NCBI GenBank assembly: GCA_015063625.1
Contig: SVTT01000003.1
Location: 54,355 to 118,354, forward strand
Length of the DNA stretch: 64,000 nucleotides
Reading direction: 5' to 3'
Origin: Oscillospiraceae bacterium
GTDB lineage: Bacteria > Bacillota > Clostridia > Oscillospirales > CAG-272
Below, in pieces: positions 1 to 9,310 of this stretch; the first letter of the stretch is position 1; every line of letters starts with the position of its first letter. The position numbers and the translations under genes were made by a program. The notes beneath the pieces were generated by a model. The model was not told where the DNA came from and made no database searches. It saw only the letters and a program-made list of their open reading frames with translations.

Positions 1-886
1 TCTCCAGCACCTCATGTGCCTTGTAAAGAATGGTTCCGCCGGGCGTTTCGTAAACGCCGCGACATTTCATGCCGACAAGACGGTTCTCCACGATATCGAG
101 AATGCCCACGCCGTTTTTGCCGCCGATCTCATTGAGGGCAAGAATGATCTCCTTCGCGCTCATCTTCTTACCGTCAAGCGCCACGGGAATTCCCTTTTCA
201 AAATCCAGCTCGATATAGGTGGGAGTGTCGGGCGCATCGATGGGAGAAACACCCATCTCAAGGAAGCCCTTGTGCTCATATTGCGGCTCATTGCCCGTAT
301 CCTCAAGGTCAAGCCCCTCGTGAGAAAGATGCCAGAGGTTCTTATCCTTGGAATAGTTGGTTTCACGGTTGATCTTCAGGGGCACGTTGTGCGCCTCTGC
401 GTATTCGATCTCCTCCTCGCGGGACTTGATGTCCCACTCGCGCCAGGGAGCGATGATCGCCATATCGGGGATCAGGTGCTTGAACGCCAGCTCAAAGCGG
501 ACCTGGTCGTTGCCCTTGCCCGTGCAGCCGTGGCAAACGGCATCTGCCTTTTCCTTGATGGCAACCTCTGCAAGCGCCTTGGCGATGCAGGGGCGTGCAT
601 GGCTGGTACCGAGCAGATAGCCCTCATACTTTGCACCCGCCTTCATGGTAGGGATGATGTAATCGTCCACGTATTCGTCGGTCACGTCGAGCACATAAAG
701 CTTGGAGGCACCGGTCTTAAGCGCCTTCTCCTCCAGACCCTCCAGCTCGTCCGCCTGACCCACGTTGACCGAAACGGCAACGACCTCGCAGTTGTTGTAA
801 TTTTCCTTCAGCCACGGGATGATGATGGAGGTGTCAAGACCACCCGAGTACGCCAATACGACCTTTTTGATATCCTTCTTATCCAT
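1..886 (-). CDS. argG: Argininosuccinate synthase (5' part; runs off the window start)
   Basis: Not in the ORF track. Manual reverse translation from the ATG at 886 gives [30 protein letters not shown]...[14 protein letters not shown], containing the [10 protein letters not shown] signature; RBS AAGGAG upstream. Confidence 0.95.
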   Translation of the reverse strand, partial: MDKKDIKKVVLAYSGGLDTSIIIPWLKENYNNCEVVAVSVNVGQADELEGLEEKALKTGASKLYVLDVTDEYVDDYIIPTMKAGAKYEGYLLGTSHARPCIAKALAEVAIKEKADAVCHGCTGKGNDQVRFELAFKHLIPDMAIIAPWREWDIKSREEEIEYAEAHNVPLKINRETNYSKDKNLWHLSHEGLDLEDTGNEPQYEHKGFLEMGVSPIDAPDTPTYIELDFEKGIPVALDGKKMSAKEIILALNEIGGKNGVGILDIVENRLVGMKCRGVYETPGGTILYKAHEVLE

Positions 887-942
887 GGTAAACTCCTTAT
901 GTATCCGTGCGGCACCTGCCGCGCTGTGTTAAGCATGCCAAT

Positions 943-971
943 ATCATAGCACGAAGCCCCGACTTTGTCAA
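943..971 (-). promoter_or_regulatory. Sigma-A type promoter of argG
   Basis: TTGACA-17bp-TATGAT with an extended TG on the minus strand. Confidence 0.7.
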
Positions 972-980
972 GCGCTTTTC

Positions 981-994
981 TGAATATTTTTTCA
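981..994. promoter_or_regulatory. Putative ARG box (ArgR/AhrC operator)
   Basis: TGAATATTTTTTCA is one mismatch from TGAATAwwwATTCA and lies just upstream of the argG -35. Confidence 0.5.
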
Positions 995-1171
995 TTTTTC
1001 TGCATTTTATCCAACAGTAACAAACCGAGTCGTCCGCGCCCCGCATCTTTTGGTTATTTCGCTTGTTACATTCCTAAACATAGGCTGAGTTATAGAGGGG
1101 CTTTCGCAAAGCCAACCGATAAGTCCTCTGCATCAATCGATTTTCGATGAATATTGTTTCAAAATATTCAC

Positions 1172-1960
1172 TCAATCATTCAGCCCGTCATCCGAAAAAG
1201 TCAGCTCAGCCGTAAGTGCAAAGTGATCCGAATAGTAAAGACCGTCCTTTCCCTCGTCGGGCACAAGGCGTGTCGGCGCGGCGGAAAGATCGGTAAAAAT
1301 ATAGTCGATCTCGTGGCGCGCACCAGCCGCCCCCTTGAAGCCGTGGAAGGTCGCGCCCACGCCCTCGCTGATGCATCTGCCGCCACGTGTGGCAAGCAGC
1401 TCCTTGGCAAGCAAGAGCTCGGGGGAATCGGGGAGCGCGTTCATATCACCCATGAACACGAAGGGTGCGTCGGTGGCGAGCACGGCACGCGCATTATCCA
1501 GCATACCGAGGTAGCGTGCATCCCTTCCCTTGTGATCAAGGTGCGTATTAAGAACGGTCAGCACGCGATGCTCTCGCTTGCAGTAAAGCTCGGCAACTGC
1601 GGTAATACGGGGGCAGCTGCTTTGATCTCCGCCATAGCGGGAGCCGGGAACGCTCGGCGTATGCGAAAGCCAGAAGTGACGCAGCGACAGCAGCTCAAAG
1701 GCGCCGCGCCGAAGGGCGATCGCCACCGATTCCCCGTCGTAATGCTTTTCCCTTCCGCAGCCCACCACGGTATAGTCGGCAAGCGCCTCCCCCAGCCACT
1801 CGCGCATCTCATCGGTGACCTCCTGAAAGCCAATGATATCGGGGCGCTCGCGCTCCAGCATCGCAAGAATACGGGGCTTGCGCTCCCAGAAGGAATTGGC
1901 GCCGTCGGCAAGGACCGCCGTCCGCATATTAAAGCTCATGACCTTGATACAGCTGTTCAT
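1172..1960 (-). CDS. Endonuclease/exonuclease/phosphatase (EEP) family protein
   Basis: Motifs MSFNMR, PDIIGFQEV, LNTHLDH, MGDMN, IDYIF, SDH. Start placed at MNSCIKV after the AAGGAG RBS. Confidence 0.88.
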   Translation of the reverse strand: MNSCIKVMSFNMRTAVLADGANSFWERKPRILAMLERERPDIIGFQEVTDEMREWLGEALADYTVVGCGREKHYDGESVAIALRRGAFELLSLRHFWLSHTPSVPGSRYGGDQSSCPRITAVAELYCKREHRVLTVLNTHLDHKGRDARYLGMLDNARAVLATDAPFVFMGDMNALPDSPELLLAKELLATRGGRCISEGVGATFHGFKGAAGARHEIDYIFTDLSAAPTRLVPDEGKDGLYYSDHFALTAELTFSDDGLND

Positions 1961-2006
1961 GTGATTCTCCTTACAAAGCAAAATTCGGAAAATTTCCCTT
2001 TACCTC

Positions 2007-2035
2007 ATTATAGTGTCGTGCCGACGGCTTGTCAA
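2007..2035 (-). promoter_or_regulatory. Consensus sigma-A promoter of the EEP gene
   Basis: Perfect TTGACA-17bp-TATAAT on the minus strand. Confidence 0.75.
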
Positions 2036-2043
2036 TAACGTCA

Positions 2044-2072
2044 TTGACAAAACAGCGGCATTGCGCTACAAT
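2044..2072 (+). promoter_or_regulatory. Sigma-A promoter of the ABC transporter operon
   Basis: TTGACA-17bp-TACAAT. Confidence 0.7.
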
Positions 2073-2114
2073 AGAAGCAGAAACGGGCTTAGCACATTGA
2101 CGAAAGGAGCACCT

Positions 2115-2828
2115 ATGGACCAAAAGCTGATCGTGACCGACCGTCTTTCCAAAAGCTACGGCGGTCTTTTTGCCCTGCGTGATCTTTCGCTCTCACTGGA
2201 CAGCGGAAGGATCATCGGGCTTCTCGGACCGAACGGAAGCGGAAAGACCACCCTCATCAAAATCCTTGCGGGGCTTCTGACCCCCACTGCGGGGCGCGCG
2301 CTGATCGACGGCTCGGAGCCCGGAGAGAGGACCAAATCGTTGGTTTCCTATCTGCCCGAGCGCCCCTATTTCAACTCCTACATGACGGTGAGTGAATGTC
2401 TTTCCTTTTTTGAGGATTTTTATGCCGATTTTGACCGCCTACAGGCAGAACGAATGCTGCTCAGCCTCGGCGTTCCCGTCGACGCCAAGCTGAAGCACCT
2501 CTCCAAGGGAACCAAGGAAAAGGTACAGCTCGTTCTGGTGATGTCCCGCCGCGCGAGGCTCTATCTGCTGGATGAGCCCATTGCGGGCGTTGACCCCGCC
2601 GCAAGAGATTACATTTTAAAAACCATTATTTCAAGCCGAAACCCCGATTCAAGTGTGCTGATCTCAACGCATCTCATCGCCGACGTGGAGAGCTTTCTTG
2701 ACGAGTTCCTGCTGATCAACCGTGGGCAGCTTATGCTCTCGGGCGACGTCAAGCGCTTGCACGCCGAGCGCAACATGTCACTTGACCACTACTTCAGGGA
2801 GGTATTTGCATGCTCCGCAAATTACTGA
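2115..2828 (+). CDS. ABC exporter ATP-binding subunit (YhcG/YtrB-like)
   Basis: Walker A GPNGSGKT, signature LSKG, Walker B LLDEP, H-loop STH; RBS AAAGGAG before MDQK. Confidence 0.92.
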   Translation: MDQKLIVTDRLSKSYGGLFALRDLSLSLDSGRIIGLLGPNGSGKTTLIKILAGLLTPTAGRALIDGSEPGERTKSLVSYLPERPYFNSYMTVSECLSFFEDFYADFDRLQAERMLLSLGVPVDAKLKHLSKGTKEKVQLVLVMSRRARLYLLDEPIAGVDPAARDYILKTIISSRNPDSSVLISTHLIADVESFLDEFLLINRGQLMLSGDVKRLHAERNMSLDHYFREVFACSANY

Positions 2829-3652
2829 AATACGACATCAAAAGCCTGAAGCGAATGTGTCTTCCCGCCCTGCTGATCCTTGCGATACTGACGGCCGTGG
2901 CTATCCCCGTCATGGTCCTGTTCGTCAAAGCGACCGAGCGCGTCGCGCTGACGGACGGCAGCTTTTTCGATCAGCTGACCGTTGTCGGCGGTGCCTTCTT
3001 CATCCTTGCCACCGTTTTTGCGTTGATCGCCGCCATCGCCCTGCCCACCATCGGCGTGCTGATCGATTTCTACCGCACGCTGACCACCGACGAGGCTTAT
3101 CTCACCTTCACCCTGCCCGTCAAGCCGCGCCGGCTTCTGCTTTCCAAGCTTCTCAATTCTGCAATATGGAGCGCCGTGATGGGCGCAGCCGCCCTCCTCT
3201 CGGCATTCATCATCCTTCTCACGATAGGAATTGCGGTCGGTGCCGAGGGTGGCTCGGATCTCTCCACCGAGGAGATCCTTCTCCCCGCCGCAGATATCCT
3301 CTCCTCTGCGATCACCAAGATCCTGGCCGTCATTTTTGTCGTCATCAGCTTTATCAACACCCAGCTTCTGTATTTCATGGCAATCTTTTTCGCCTCGGTC
3401 ATCACGCAGAAAAACAAGCTCTTGACCGCTATTGCCATGGTGATCGGCGCCTACTTTTCCTACAGCACGCTCTCGGGCATCTTCTCGCTGATCCTCTCGC
3501 TGATCCTCGGTCTCTCGGGAGCAATATACACGCACCCTTCGCTCGCATCGATCATCACCCTTAGCGTCTATATCCTCTTCCTCTCGGGAATGAGTTATCT
3601 GTTTTTCCGTCTGACCGAGCATATGATGGAGAAAAAGCTGAACCTGGCATAG
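2810..3652 (+). CDS. ABC exporter permease
   Basis: About six hydrophobic segments, N-terminal MLRKLLKYD and a YLTFTLPV motif; overlaps the ATPase gene. Confidence 0.85.
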   Translation: MLRKLLKYDIKSLKRMCLPALLILAILTAVAIPVMVLFVKATERVALTDGSFFDQLTVVGGAFFILATVFALIAAIALPTIGVLIDFYRTLTTDEAYLTFTLPVKPRRLLLSKLLNSAIWSAVMGAAALLSAFIILLTIGIAVGAEGGSDLSTEEILLPAADILSSAITKILAVIFVVISFINTQLLYFMAIFFASVITQKNKLLTAIAMVIGAYFSYSTLSGIFSLILSLILGLSGAIYTHPSLASIITLSVYILFLSGMSYLFFRLTEHMMEKKLNLA

Positions 3653-3659
3653 TCCCCCC

Positions 3660-3703
3660 AAAAAACGAGCGCTCATGACACGGGGTGTCATGAGCGCCTT
3701 TTT
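3660..3703. terminator. Bidirectional intrinsic terminator
   Basis: 13-bp stem GCGCTCATGACAC/GTGTCATGAGCGC flanked by A- and T-runs between convergent genes. Confidence 0.8.
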
Positions 3704-3717
3704 GGGTCATGAAATGC

Positions 3718-3933
3718 TCAGTGCATCTCCTCGATCGCCTCGTCGGAGCGAAAGATCAGAGAAATGCACCAAACGCCTGCCAGCGCCACCGCGGTATAGA
3801 TGATTCTGGCAAGCAAGGAGTCCACACCGCCGCAGAGCCATGCGACAACATCAAACTGGAAAAGCCCCACAGAGCCCCAGTTGAGCGCACCCACAACGGT
3901 CAGGATCAATGCAATACGGTCGATAACGGTCAT
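3718..3933 (-). CDS. DUF378 (YuzA-like) small membrane protein
   Basis: IALILTVVGALNWGSVGLFQFDVV...ARIIY, typical of DUF378. Confidence 0.88.
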   Translation of the reverse strand: MTVIDRIALILTVVGALNWGSVGLFQFDVVAWLCGGVDSLLARIIYTAVALAGVWCISLIFRSDEAIEEMH

Positions 3934-4035
3934 GCTTGTACCTCTCTTTCAAGAGCAGTTTGGCGTTCAAATTGCCCTTTGCCTTTATTGTTTCCTTCTT
4001 TTTTGAGGCAAAACGAGGTAAAAATTTCCGTCTTC

Positions 4036-4064
4036 TTTACACACGCCGAAAAATGTGTTATACT
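4036..4064 (+). promoter_or_regulatory. Sigma-A promoter of the cca operon
   Basis: TTTACA-17bp-TATACT with extended TG. Confidence 0.6.
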
Positions 4065-4097
4065 AATGATATTGAAAAAAACGAAAGGAGAGGGGAT

Positions 4098-5315
4098 ATG
4101 GAAGGCATTGAGGCTGCCATTCCGCGTTACGTGCACGCCGTGCTGGACGCCCTGGAGCGCGCGGGCTTTCGCGGCTATCCCGTCGGAGGGTGTCTGCGCG
4201 ATCTTCTGCTGGGCGTGACACCGTACGATTTCGACGTGACCACCGACGCAATGCCGCAGGATCTGCCGCAGATATTCGGTGATTTTCACACCGTGCCCAC
4301 GGGGCTTTCGCACGGCACCGTCACAGTCCTCTCCGAGGGACATCCCATAGAGGTGACCGCGCACCGCGCCGAGTCGGGGTACTCCGACAGCCGCCATCCC
4401 GATCGCGTGGCATTCGGCGTTTCGCTCGCCGACGACCTTGCAAGACGGGATTTTACCGTGAACGCGATGGCATGGAGCAGGGGGGAGGGCTTGATCGATC
4501 TGTTTGAGGGGAGATCCGACCTTTCCCGACGCATCCTCCGCGCCGTAGGCGACCCTGAGGCACGCTTTTGCGAGGATGCGCTACGCATCCTTCGCTGCTT
4601 CCGATTTGCGGCACAGCTGGATTTTACGGTCGAGCCCGACACCCTGTCGGCAGCAAAAGCGTGCAGGGAGGGGCTATCCCGCATTTCGGCAGAGCGCATT
4701 TTCTCCGAGCTTTGCCGCCTTCTTGTGTCCCCCGCCGCCGTGCGAGGGCTTGCTCTTATGGACGAAGCGCAATGCATCCCCTTTGTCTTTTTCGGCACCG
4801 ATCCCGACCGCGCCGCCTTTGCCCGCCTCATAGAGCTCCCTGCCGACGCAGCGCTCCGCCTCGCGGCGCTGCTTTCGCACGAGCCGACTGAGCGCGTGCG
4901 GCGGCTCTGCCGCGACCTGCGCACATCCAACCGCTTTTCCGACACCGTTTGCGGGTATATCGACTCTCTCGGGGACGAATTACCCTCCTCTTCCTATGCC
5001 GCACGCCGCTTTGTCTGCCATCATTTCCCCTATTTTCGCGAGGCACTGCTGCTGCGGCGTGCGATCCACGGGACCGACGTCACCGATGCCGAGCGTCTGA
5101 CCAACTCGGTATTCCGCGACAAAAGCGCCATCGAGCTTCGCCGCCTTGCCGTCAACGGCAAGGAGCTGCAGGATACCGTGGGGGTTTCTCCCGCCAACAC
5201 CGCAAAGCTTCTTCTGCTCTTACAGGATCTCGTCTGGCAGGATCCCGATCGCAACAAAAAGGCGGTCCTGCTTCGTGCGGCATCGGAAATTCTTAAGAAA
5301 GGAACGCTGACATGA
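4098..5315 (+). CDS. cca: CCA tRNA nucleotidyltransferase
   Basis: VGGCLRD, DFD, DLARRDFTVNAMA and EDALRILR motifs of class II nucleotidyltransferases. Start MEGIE after the RBS. Confidence 0.88.
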   Translation: MEGIEAAIPRYVHAVLDALERAGFRGYPVGGCLRDLLLGVTPYDFDVTTDAMPQDLPQIFGDFHTVPTGLSHGTVTVLSEGHPIEVTAHRAESGYSDSRHPDRVAFGVSLADDLARRDFTVNAMAWSRGEGLIDLFEGRSDLSRRILRAVGDPEARFCEDALRILRCFRFAAQLDFTVEPDTLSAAKACREGLSRISAERIFSELCRLLVSPAAVRGLALMDEAQCIPFVFFGTDPDRAAFARLIELPADAALRLAALLSHEPTERVRRLCRDLRTSNRFSDTVCGYIDSLGDELPSSSYAARRFVCHHFPYFREALLLRRAIHGTDVTDAERLTNSVFRDKSAIELRRLAVNGKELQDTVGVSPANTAKLLLLLQDLVWQDPDRNKKAVLLRAASEILKKGTLT

Positions 5316-6271
5316 GCAACGTCAGATTCGAGGAATTCACCTTCCCCTCCTCAAACAAAAGGGACACCGTTCACGCCTATCTCTTTGCCCCCATCGACAC
5401 GCCGCCCCGCGCCGTCATTCAGCTCTCTCACGGCATGTGCGAATACGTACTGCGCTATGATCTGTGGGCACGTCGCTTTGCCGCCGAGGGCTTCGTCTTT
5501 TGCGGAAATGACCACATCGGTCACGGCAACACCGCCCCTCGCGAGGAGGAGCTCGGCTTCATGGGAGGTGAGGCGGATGCCGACCACCTGGTGGAGGATC
5601 TGCACACCATGTCCTCACTGATGCGCGAGCGCTTCAAGGGGCTTCCTCTTGTGCTCTACGGACACAGCATGGGCTCGTTTGTCGCGCGGCTTTATCTTTC
5701 GCGCTACGGAAAGGAGCTTGCCGCTGCGCTCATCTCGGGCACAGCGGGGCCGGGACAACCCACGGGGCTCGGCAAGGGGCTTGCCGCCGCCATCGAGAAA
5801 GTCAAGGGCGATCATCACCGCAGCAAGCTGCTGACCTCGGTTGCCTTCGGCAGCTACAACAAGCGCTTTGCCAGGGAGAAGGACGAGTTCTCCTGGCTCA
5901 CGCGCGACGAATCGGTGCGGCGCGCTTATGCCGCAGACCCCTTTTGCCGCTTCGTGTTTACCACTGCCGCCTATCAAACGCTTTTCTCCCTGCTTGGCAG
6001 AGCTTCTTCTAAAAAATGGGCACAAACGGTACCGAAAAGCCTGCCCATTCTCATATTCTCCGGCTCGGAGGACCCCGTTGGCGGCAACGGGAAGGGCGTC
6101 AGAAGCGTGACCGAACGTCTTCGCCGTGCAGGACACACCGCCGTGACCGAGAGGATCTACGAGGGCGGACGGCACGAGATGCACAACGAGCTTTGCCGCG
6201 ACGAGGTCTTTGCCGACCTCATGAATTATCTGAATGACGTGTTGAAAACGGAGGACACAGATGACACTTGA
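5312..6271 (+). CDS. Alpha/beta hydrolase (lysophospholipase-like)
   Basis: HGMCEY, DHIGHG, GHSMGS nucleophile elbow, RHEMHNE. Confidence 0.88.
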   Translation: MSNVRFEEFTFPSSNKRDTVHAYLFAPIDTPPRAVIQLSHGMCEYVLRYDLWARRFAAEGFVFCGNDHIGHGNTAPREEELGFMGGEADADHLVEDLHTMSSLMRERFKGLPLVLYGHSMGSFVARLYLSRYGKELAAALISGTAGPGQPTGLGKGLAAAIEKVKGDHHRSKLLTSVAFGSYNKRFAREKDEFSWLTRDESVRRAYAADPFCRFVFTTAAYQTLFSLLGRASSKKWAQTVPKSLPILIFSGSEDPVGGNGKGVRSVTERLRRAGHTAVTERIYEGGRHEMHNELCRDEVFADLMNYLNDVLKTEDTDDT

Positions 6272-6707
6272 CGATATCAAAAGCATCAAGGGTAGGATCC
6301 TCGGTGTTGACTTTGGAGAGGCACGCACGGGACTTGCCCTGTCGGATGCCTCCCGCTTCCTCGCCTCTGCCATCGGTAACATCTCGGGGGGAGGGCTGGA
6401 GCGCTCCGCCGCCGCCATCAAGGAGACAGTCGAGCGCGAGGGTGCGGTTGCCGTGGTGATCGGGCTTCCCGTCAACATGAACGGCACCGAGGGACCGCGC
6501 GCCGAGCGAATACGCCGCCTTGCCGAGATGCTGCGCGAGCTGATGCCGGAGATCCCCGTGGCACTCCTTGACGAGCGCATGACCACCATGGCGGCATCCC
6601 GTTTTCTCAACGAGACCAACACACGCGGCAAAAAGCGCAAGGGTGTGATCGACACCCTGTCGGCAGAGATCATTCTGCAAAACGCGCTTGACCGTCTGAA
6701 GCGCTGA
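6261..6707 (+). CDS. yqgF: YqgF/RuvX pre-16S rRNA nuclease
   Basis: ILGVDFGEARTGLALSD, IGLP, DERMTT, IDTLSA. Confidence 0.92.
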   Translation: MTLDDIKSIKGRILGVDFGEARTGLALSDASRFLASAIGNISGGGLERSAAAIKETVEREGAVAVVIGLPVNMNGTEGPRAERIRRLAEMLRELMPEIPVALLDERMTTMAASRFLNETNTRGKKRKGVIDTLSAEIILQNALDRLKR

Positions 6708-6710
6708 GCC

Positions 6711-7520
6711 ATGGCAGCCAAGCAACAAGCCGCGGAGTGGCGCCGTCTTCTCATCGACAGCACCGAGCTCACCTATCTTCTTACGCGCAAGCAGGTCAAA
6801 AATATCAACCTGCGCATCAGATCGGACGGCACGGTTGCCGTGTCTGCCCACCCGCGCGTGACGATCGACCGCATCGAGCAGTTTATCTGCCGCGAGGCAG
6901 ATTTTATCGGGGCGGCACGGGTACGACTGCAAGCGCGCCGCGCACAGGCTCCTCGCCCCTTGCTGCTGCTTGACGGAGAGCATGTGCCGATCGGAGGCGT
7001 TTTTTATACCGTTAGCCTACAAAAAAGCCAACGGCGCGAGGTGCGCATCGAGGAAGGGCAGCTTGTTCTTTGCCTGCGCGATCCCGAAAGCTATCCTGCG
7101 AGGAAGCGCGCCTTTGACGAGTTTCTTGACCGCGAGGCGCGCGCACTGTTGGAGGAGATGACCCGGCGCGCGCTCCCCCTCTTTTACCCAAAGCCCCCAA
7201 CCATGCCCGCGCTCTTCTTCCGCACCATGAAAAGCAAGTGGGGCGTCTGCCGTCCCACGCAGGGGCGCATCACACTCAATCGCAATCTGATCTATCTGCC
7301 CACAGCACTTGCCGAATACGTGGTCTTTCATGAATTGATGCATTTTGCTCATCCCGACCACAGCCCCGCCTTCTGGGCAGCGCTCGGCAGGCGGATGCCC
7401 GACTGCAAGGAGCGTCGGCGGGCGCTTGCCGAATTTCCCGTCCCGTCCTTTTCCGACGGGCAGGACACGGTTGATGAAAAGCCGCTTCGCGGTGAATCCT
7501 ACCCCTTATCCTATTTCTGA
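6711..7520 (+). CDS. DUF45 / YgjP-like (SprT-family) metal-dependent hydrolase
   Basis: RKQVKNINLRI, MKSKWGVC, EYVVFHELMH (HExxH), HSPAFW. Confidence 0.85.
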   Translation: MAAKQQAAEWRRLLIDSTELTYLLTRKQVKNINLRIRSDGTVAVSAHPRVTIDRIEQFICREADFIGAARVRLQARRAQAPRPLLLLDGEHVPIGGVFYTVSLQKSQRREVRIEEGQLVLCLRDPESYPARKRAFDEFLDREARALLEEMTRRALPLFYPKPPTMPALFFRTMKSKWGVCRPTQGRITLNRNLIYLPTALAEYVVFHELMHFAHPDHSPAFWAALGRRMPDCKERRRALAEFPVPSFSDGQDTVDEKPLRGESYPLSYF

Positions 7521-7535
7521 TTTTGGAGGAAGCTT

Positions 7536-8696
7536 ATGAAGATCACAAACGACATCAAATATATCGGCGTCAATGACCATGAGATCGATCTGTTCGAGGG
7601 ACAGTACGAGGTGCCGAACGGCATCGCATACAACTCCTACGTCATCATCGATGAGAAGATCGCGGTGATGGACACCGTTGACTGCCGCTTTGACAGGCAG
7701 TGGTTGCAAAACCTTGCCGCCGCACTGGACGGCAGATCCCCCGATTACCTGATCGTGCAGCATATGGAGCCCGATCACTCCTCCTCCATCCGCGCTTTTA
7801 CCGACGCCTATCCCGAGGCAACCGTCGTTTCCTCCGACAAGGCATTTACCATGATGAAAAACTTTTTCGGCGCCGACTTTACGCAGCGCCGTCTGGTCGT
7901 CGGCGAGGGGGCACGCCTCTCGCTCGGTCGTCACGAGCTCTCCTTTATCACGGCACCCATGGTGCACTGGCCCGAGGTCATCATGACCTATGACAGCACC
8001 GACCGCGTGCTCTTTTCGGCAGACGGCTTCGGCAAATTCGGTGCGCTGGACGTTGAGGAGGAATGGGATTGCGAGGCAAGGCGCTATTATTTCGGGATCG
8101 TCGGTAAGTACGGCGCGCAGGTAACCTCCGTTCTTGCCAAGGCAAAGACGCTGGACATTGCCATCATCTGCCCCCTGCACGGGCCGATCCTGTGCGAGAA
8201 TCTGGAGCACTATCTGCGCCTTTACGGCATTTGGGCGTCCTACGGTGTGGAAAGTGAGGGCGTTGTCATCGCTTACACCTCGGTCTACGGTAATACGCAA
8301 AGGGCGGTGCTGGAGCTGAAGGAGCTGCTGGAGCAGGGGGGCTGTGCGAAGGTCACACTGCACGACCTGGCAAGAACCGATATGGCAGAGGCAGTGGAGG
8401 ACGCCTTCCGCTACGGCAAGCTGGTGCTTGCCACCACCACCTATAACAACGACATTTTCCCCTTCATGAGAGCCTTTATCCACCATCTCGTCGAGCGCGG
8501 CTATAAAAACCGCACCGTGGCGCTCATCGAAAACGGAAGCTGGGCACCTGCCGCCGCCAGGGTCATGCGCGGCATGCTGGAAGCCTGCCGTGGGCTCACC
8601 TTTGCCGAAACCGCCGTTCGCATCACCTCGGCACTGAACGAGGAGAGCCGCGCACGCCTTGCCGAGCTTGCCGCCGAGCTTTGCCGCATGAATTGA
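7536..8696 (+). CDS. fprA: Flavodiiron protein (FprA family)
   Basis: HMEPDHS, HWPE, SADGFG, PLHG and a C-terminal flavodoxin SVYGNT motif. Confidence 0.92.
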   Translation: MKITNDIKYIGVNDHEIDLFEGQYEVPNGIAYNSYVIIDEKIAVMDTVDCRFDRQWLQNLAAALDGRSPDYLIVQHMEPDHSSSIRAFTDAYPEATVVSSDKAFTMMKNFFGADFTQRRLVVGEGARLSLGRHELSFITAPMVHWPEVIMTYDSTDRVLFSADGFGKFGALDVEEEWDCEARRYYFGIVGKYGAQVTSVLAKAKTLDIAIICPLHGPILCENLEHYLRLYGIWASYGVESEGVVIAYTSVYGNTQRAVLELKELLEQGGCAKVTLHDLARTDMAEAVEDAFRYGKLVLATTTYNNDIFPFMRAFIHHLVERGYKNRTVALIENGSWAPAAARVMRGMLEACRGLTFAETAVRITSALNEESRARLAELAAELCRMN

Positions 8697-8742
8697 AGAG
8701 CAACGCTCGGAGCATACTATACTCTGCAAGGAGGCGAAGCGA

Positions 8743-8907
8743 ATGAAACGATACGTCTGTGAGCTTTGCGGCTGGGTCTATGACGAAGCGAAGGGGCTGC
8801 CCGAGCAGGGTATTGCCCCGGGTACGGCCTTCGATGCCCTGCCCGAGGATTTTGTCTGCCCGCTGTGCGGCGTCGGCAAAGAGGAATTTGCAAAGATCGA
8901 AACATGA
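8743..8907 (+). CDS. Rubredoxin (54 aa)
   Basis: Below the ORF-track cutoff. MKRYVCELCGWVYDEAKG...LPEDFVCPLCGVGKEEF has two CxxCG motifs; RBS AAGGAGG. Confidence 0.95.
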   Translation: MKRYVCELCGWVYDEAKGLPEQGIAPGTAFDALPEDFVCPLCGVGKEEFAKIET

Positions 8908-8943
8908 AAAAGGGCTTTGCACCCGTAGGTGCAAAGCCCTTTT
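8908..8943. terminator. Bidirectional intrinsic terminator
   Basis: AAAAGGGCTTTGCACC-cgta-GGTGCAAAGCCCTTTT between convergent genes. Confidence 0.85.
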
Positions 8944-8944
8944 C

Positions 8945-9295
8945 TTAGCGCGTGGAGAGCACAAAAAACAGCGTGGTCACAAGTGCAAGCCCGATCGAAG
9001 CAGCGATTCCGACGATTCCGAAGGTCCTTGGCTTCTTCTCGCCCGAGCGTGCCAAGGGAATCGAGAGAAGCACACTGACCAGCGAGAGCATCCATTCGGC
9101 AGCGGCGAAGATCACCAAAAACACAATGCCGAATGCTCTGCCAAGACCGTCTGCAAGCTCGCCGGAATCCTTGGGCGTCAGCATAACATCGACCGAAAGC
9201 GATACCGAGAGCACGGTTGCCGCAAGCGCGGCAAGCAGGAAAATCGTGAGAACGATCAACAGGATCCTTTCAACCTTTTTCATCGCATGAAGCAT
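8945..9295 (-). CDS. Hypothetical three-TM membrane protein
   Basis: Three hydrophobic stretches, AAAGGAG RBS, follows azlD in the operon. Confidence 0.7.
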   Translation of the reverse strand: MLHAMKKVERILLIVLTIFLLAALAATVLSVSLSVDVMLTPKDSGELADGLGRAFGIVFLVIFAAAEWMLSLVSVLLSIPLARSGEKKPRTFGIVGIAASIGLALVTTLFFVLSTR

Positions 9296-9310
9296 TCTCC
9301 TTTCAAAAAA

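Noticed and set aside
14-949. 311-aa plus-strand ORF
   Set aside because: Antisense shadow of argG, which has the family signature, RBS and promoter on the minus strand.
1021-1140. Possible c-di-GMP-I riboswitch (CGCAAAGCC) or other RNA in the argG-EEP gap
   Set aside because: Lacks a correctly placed GGCAAAC/GNRA P2 element and has no downstream gene on the plus strand; only a small hairpin is supportable.
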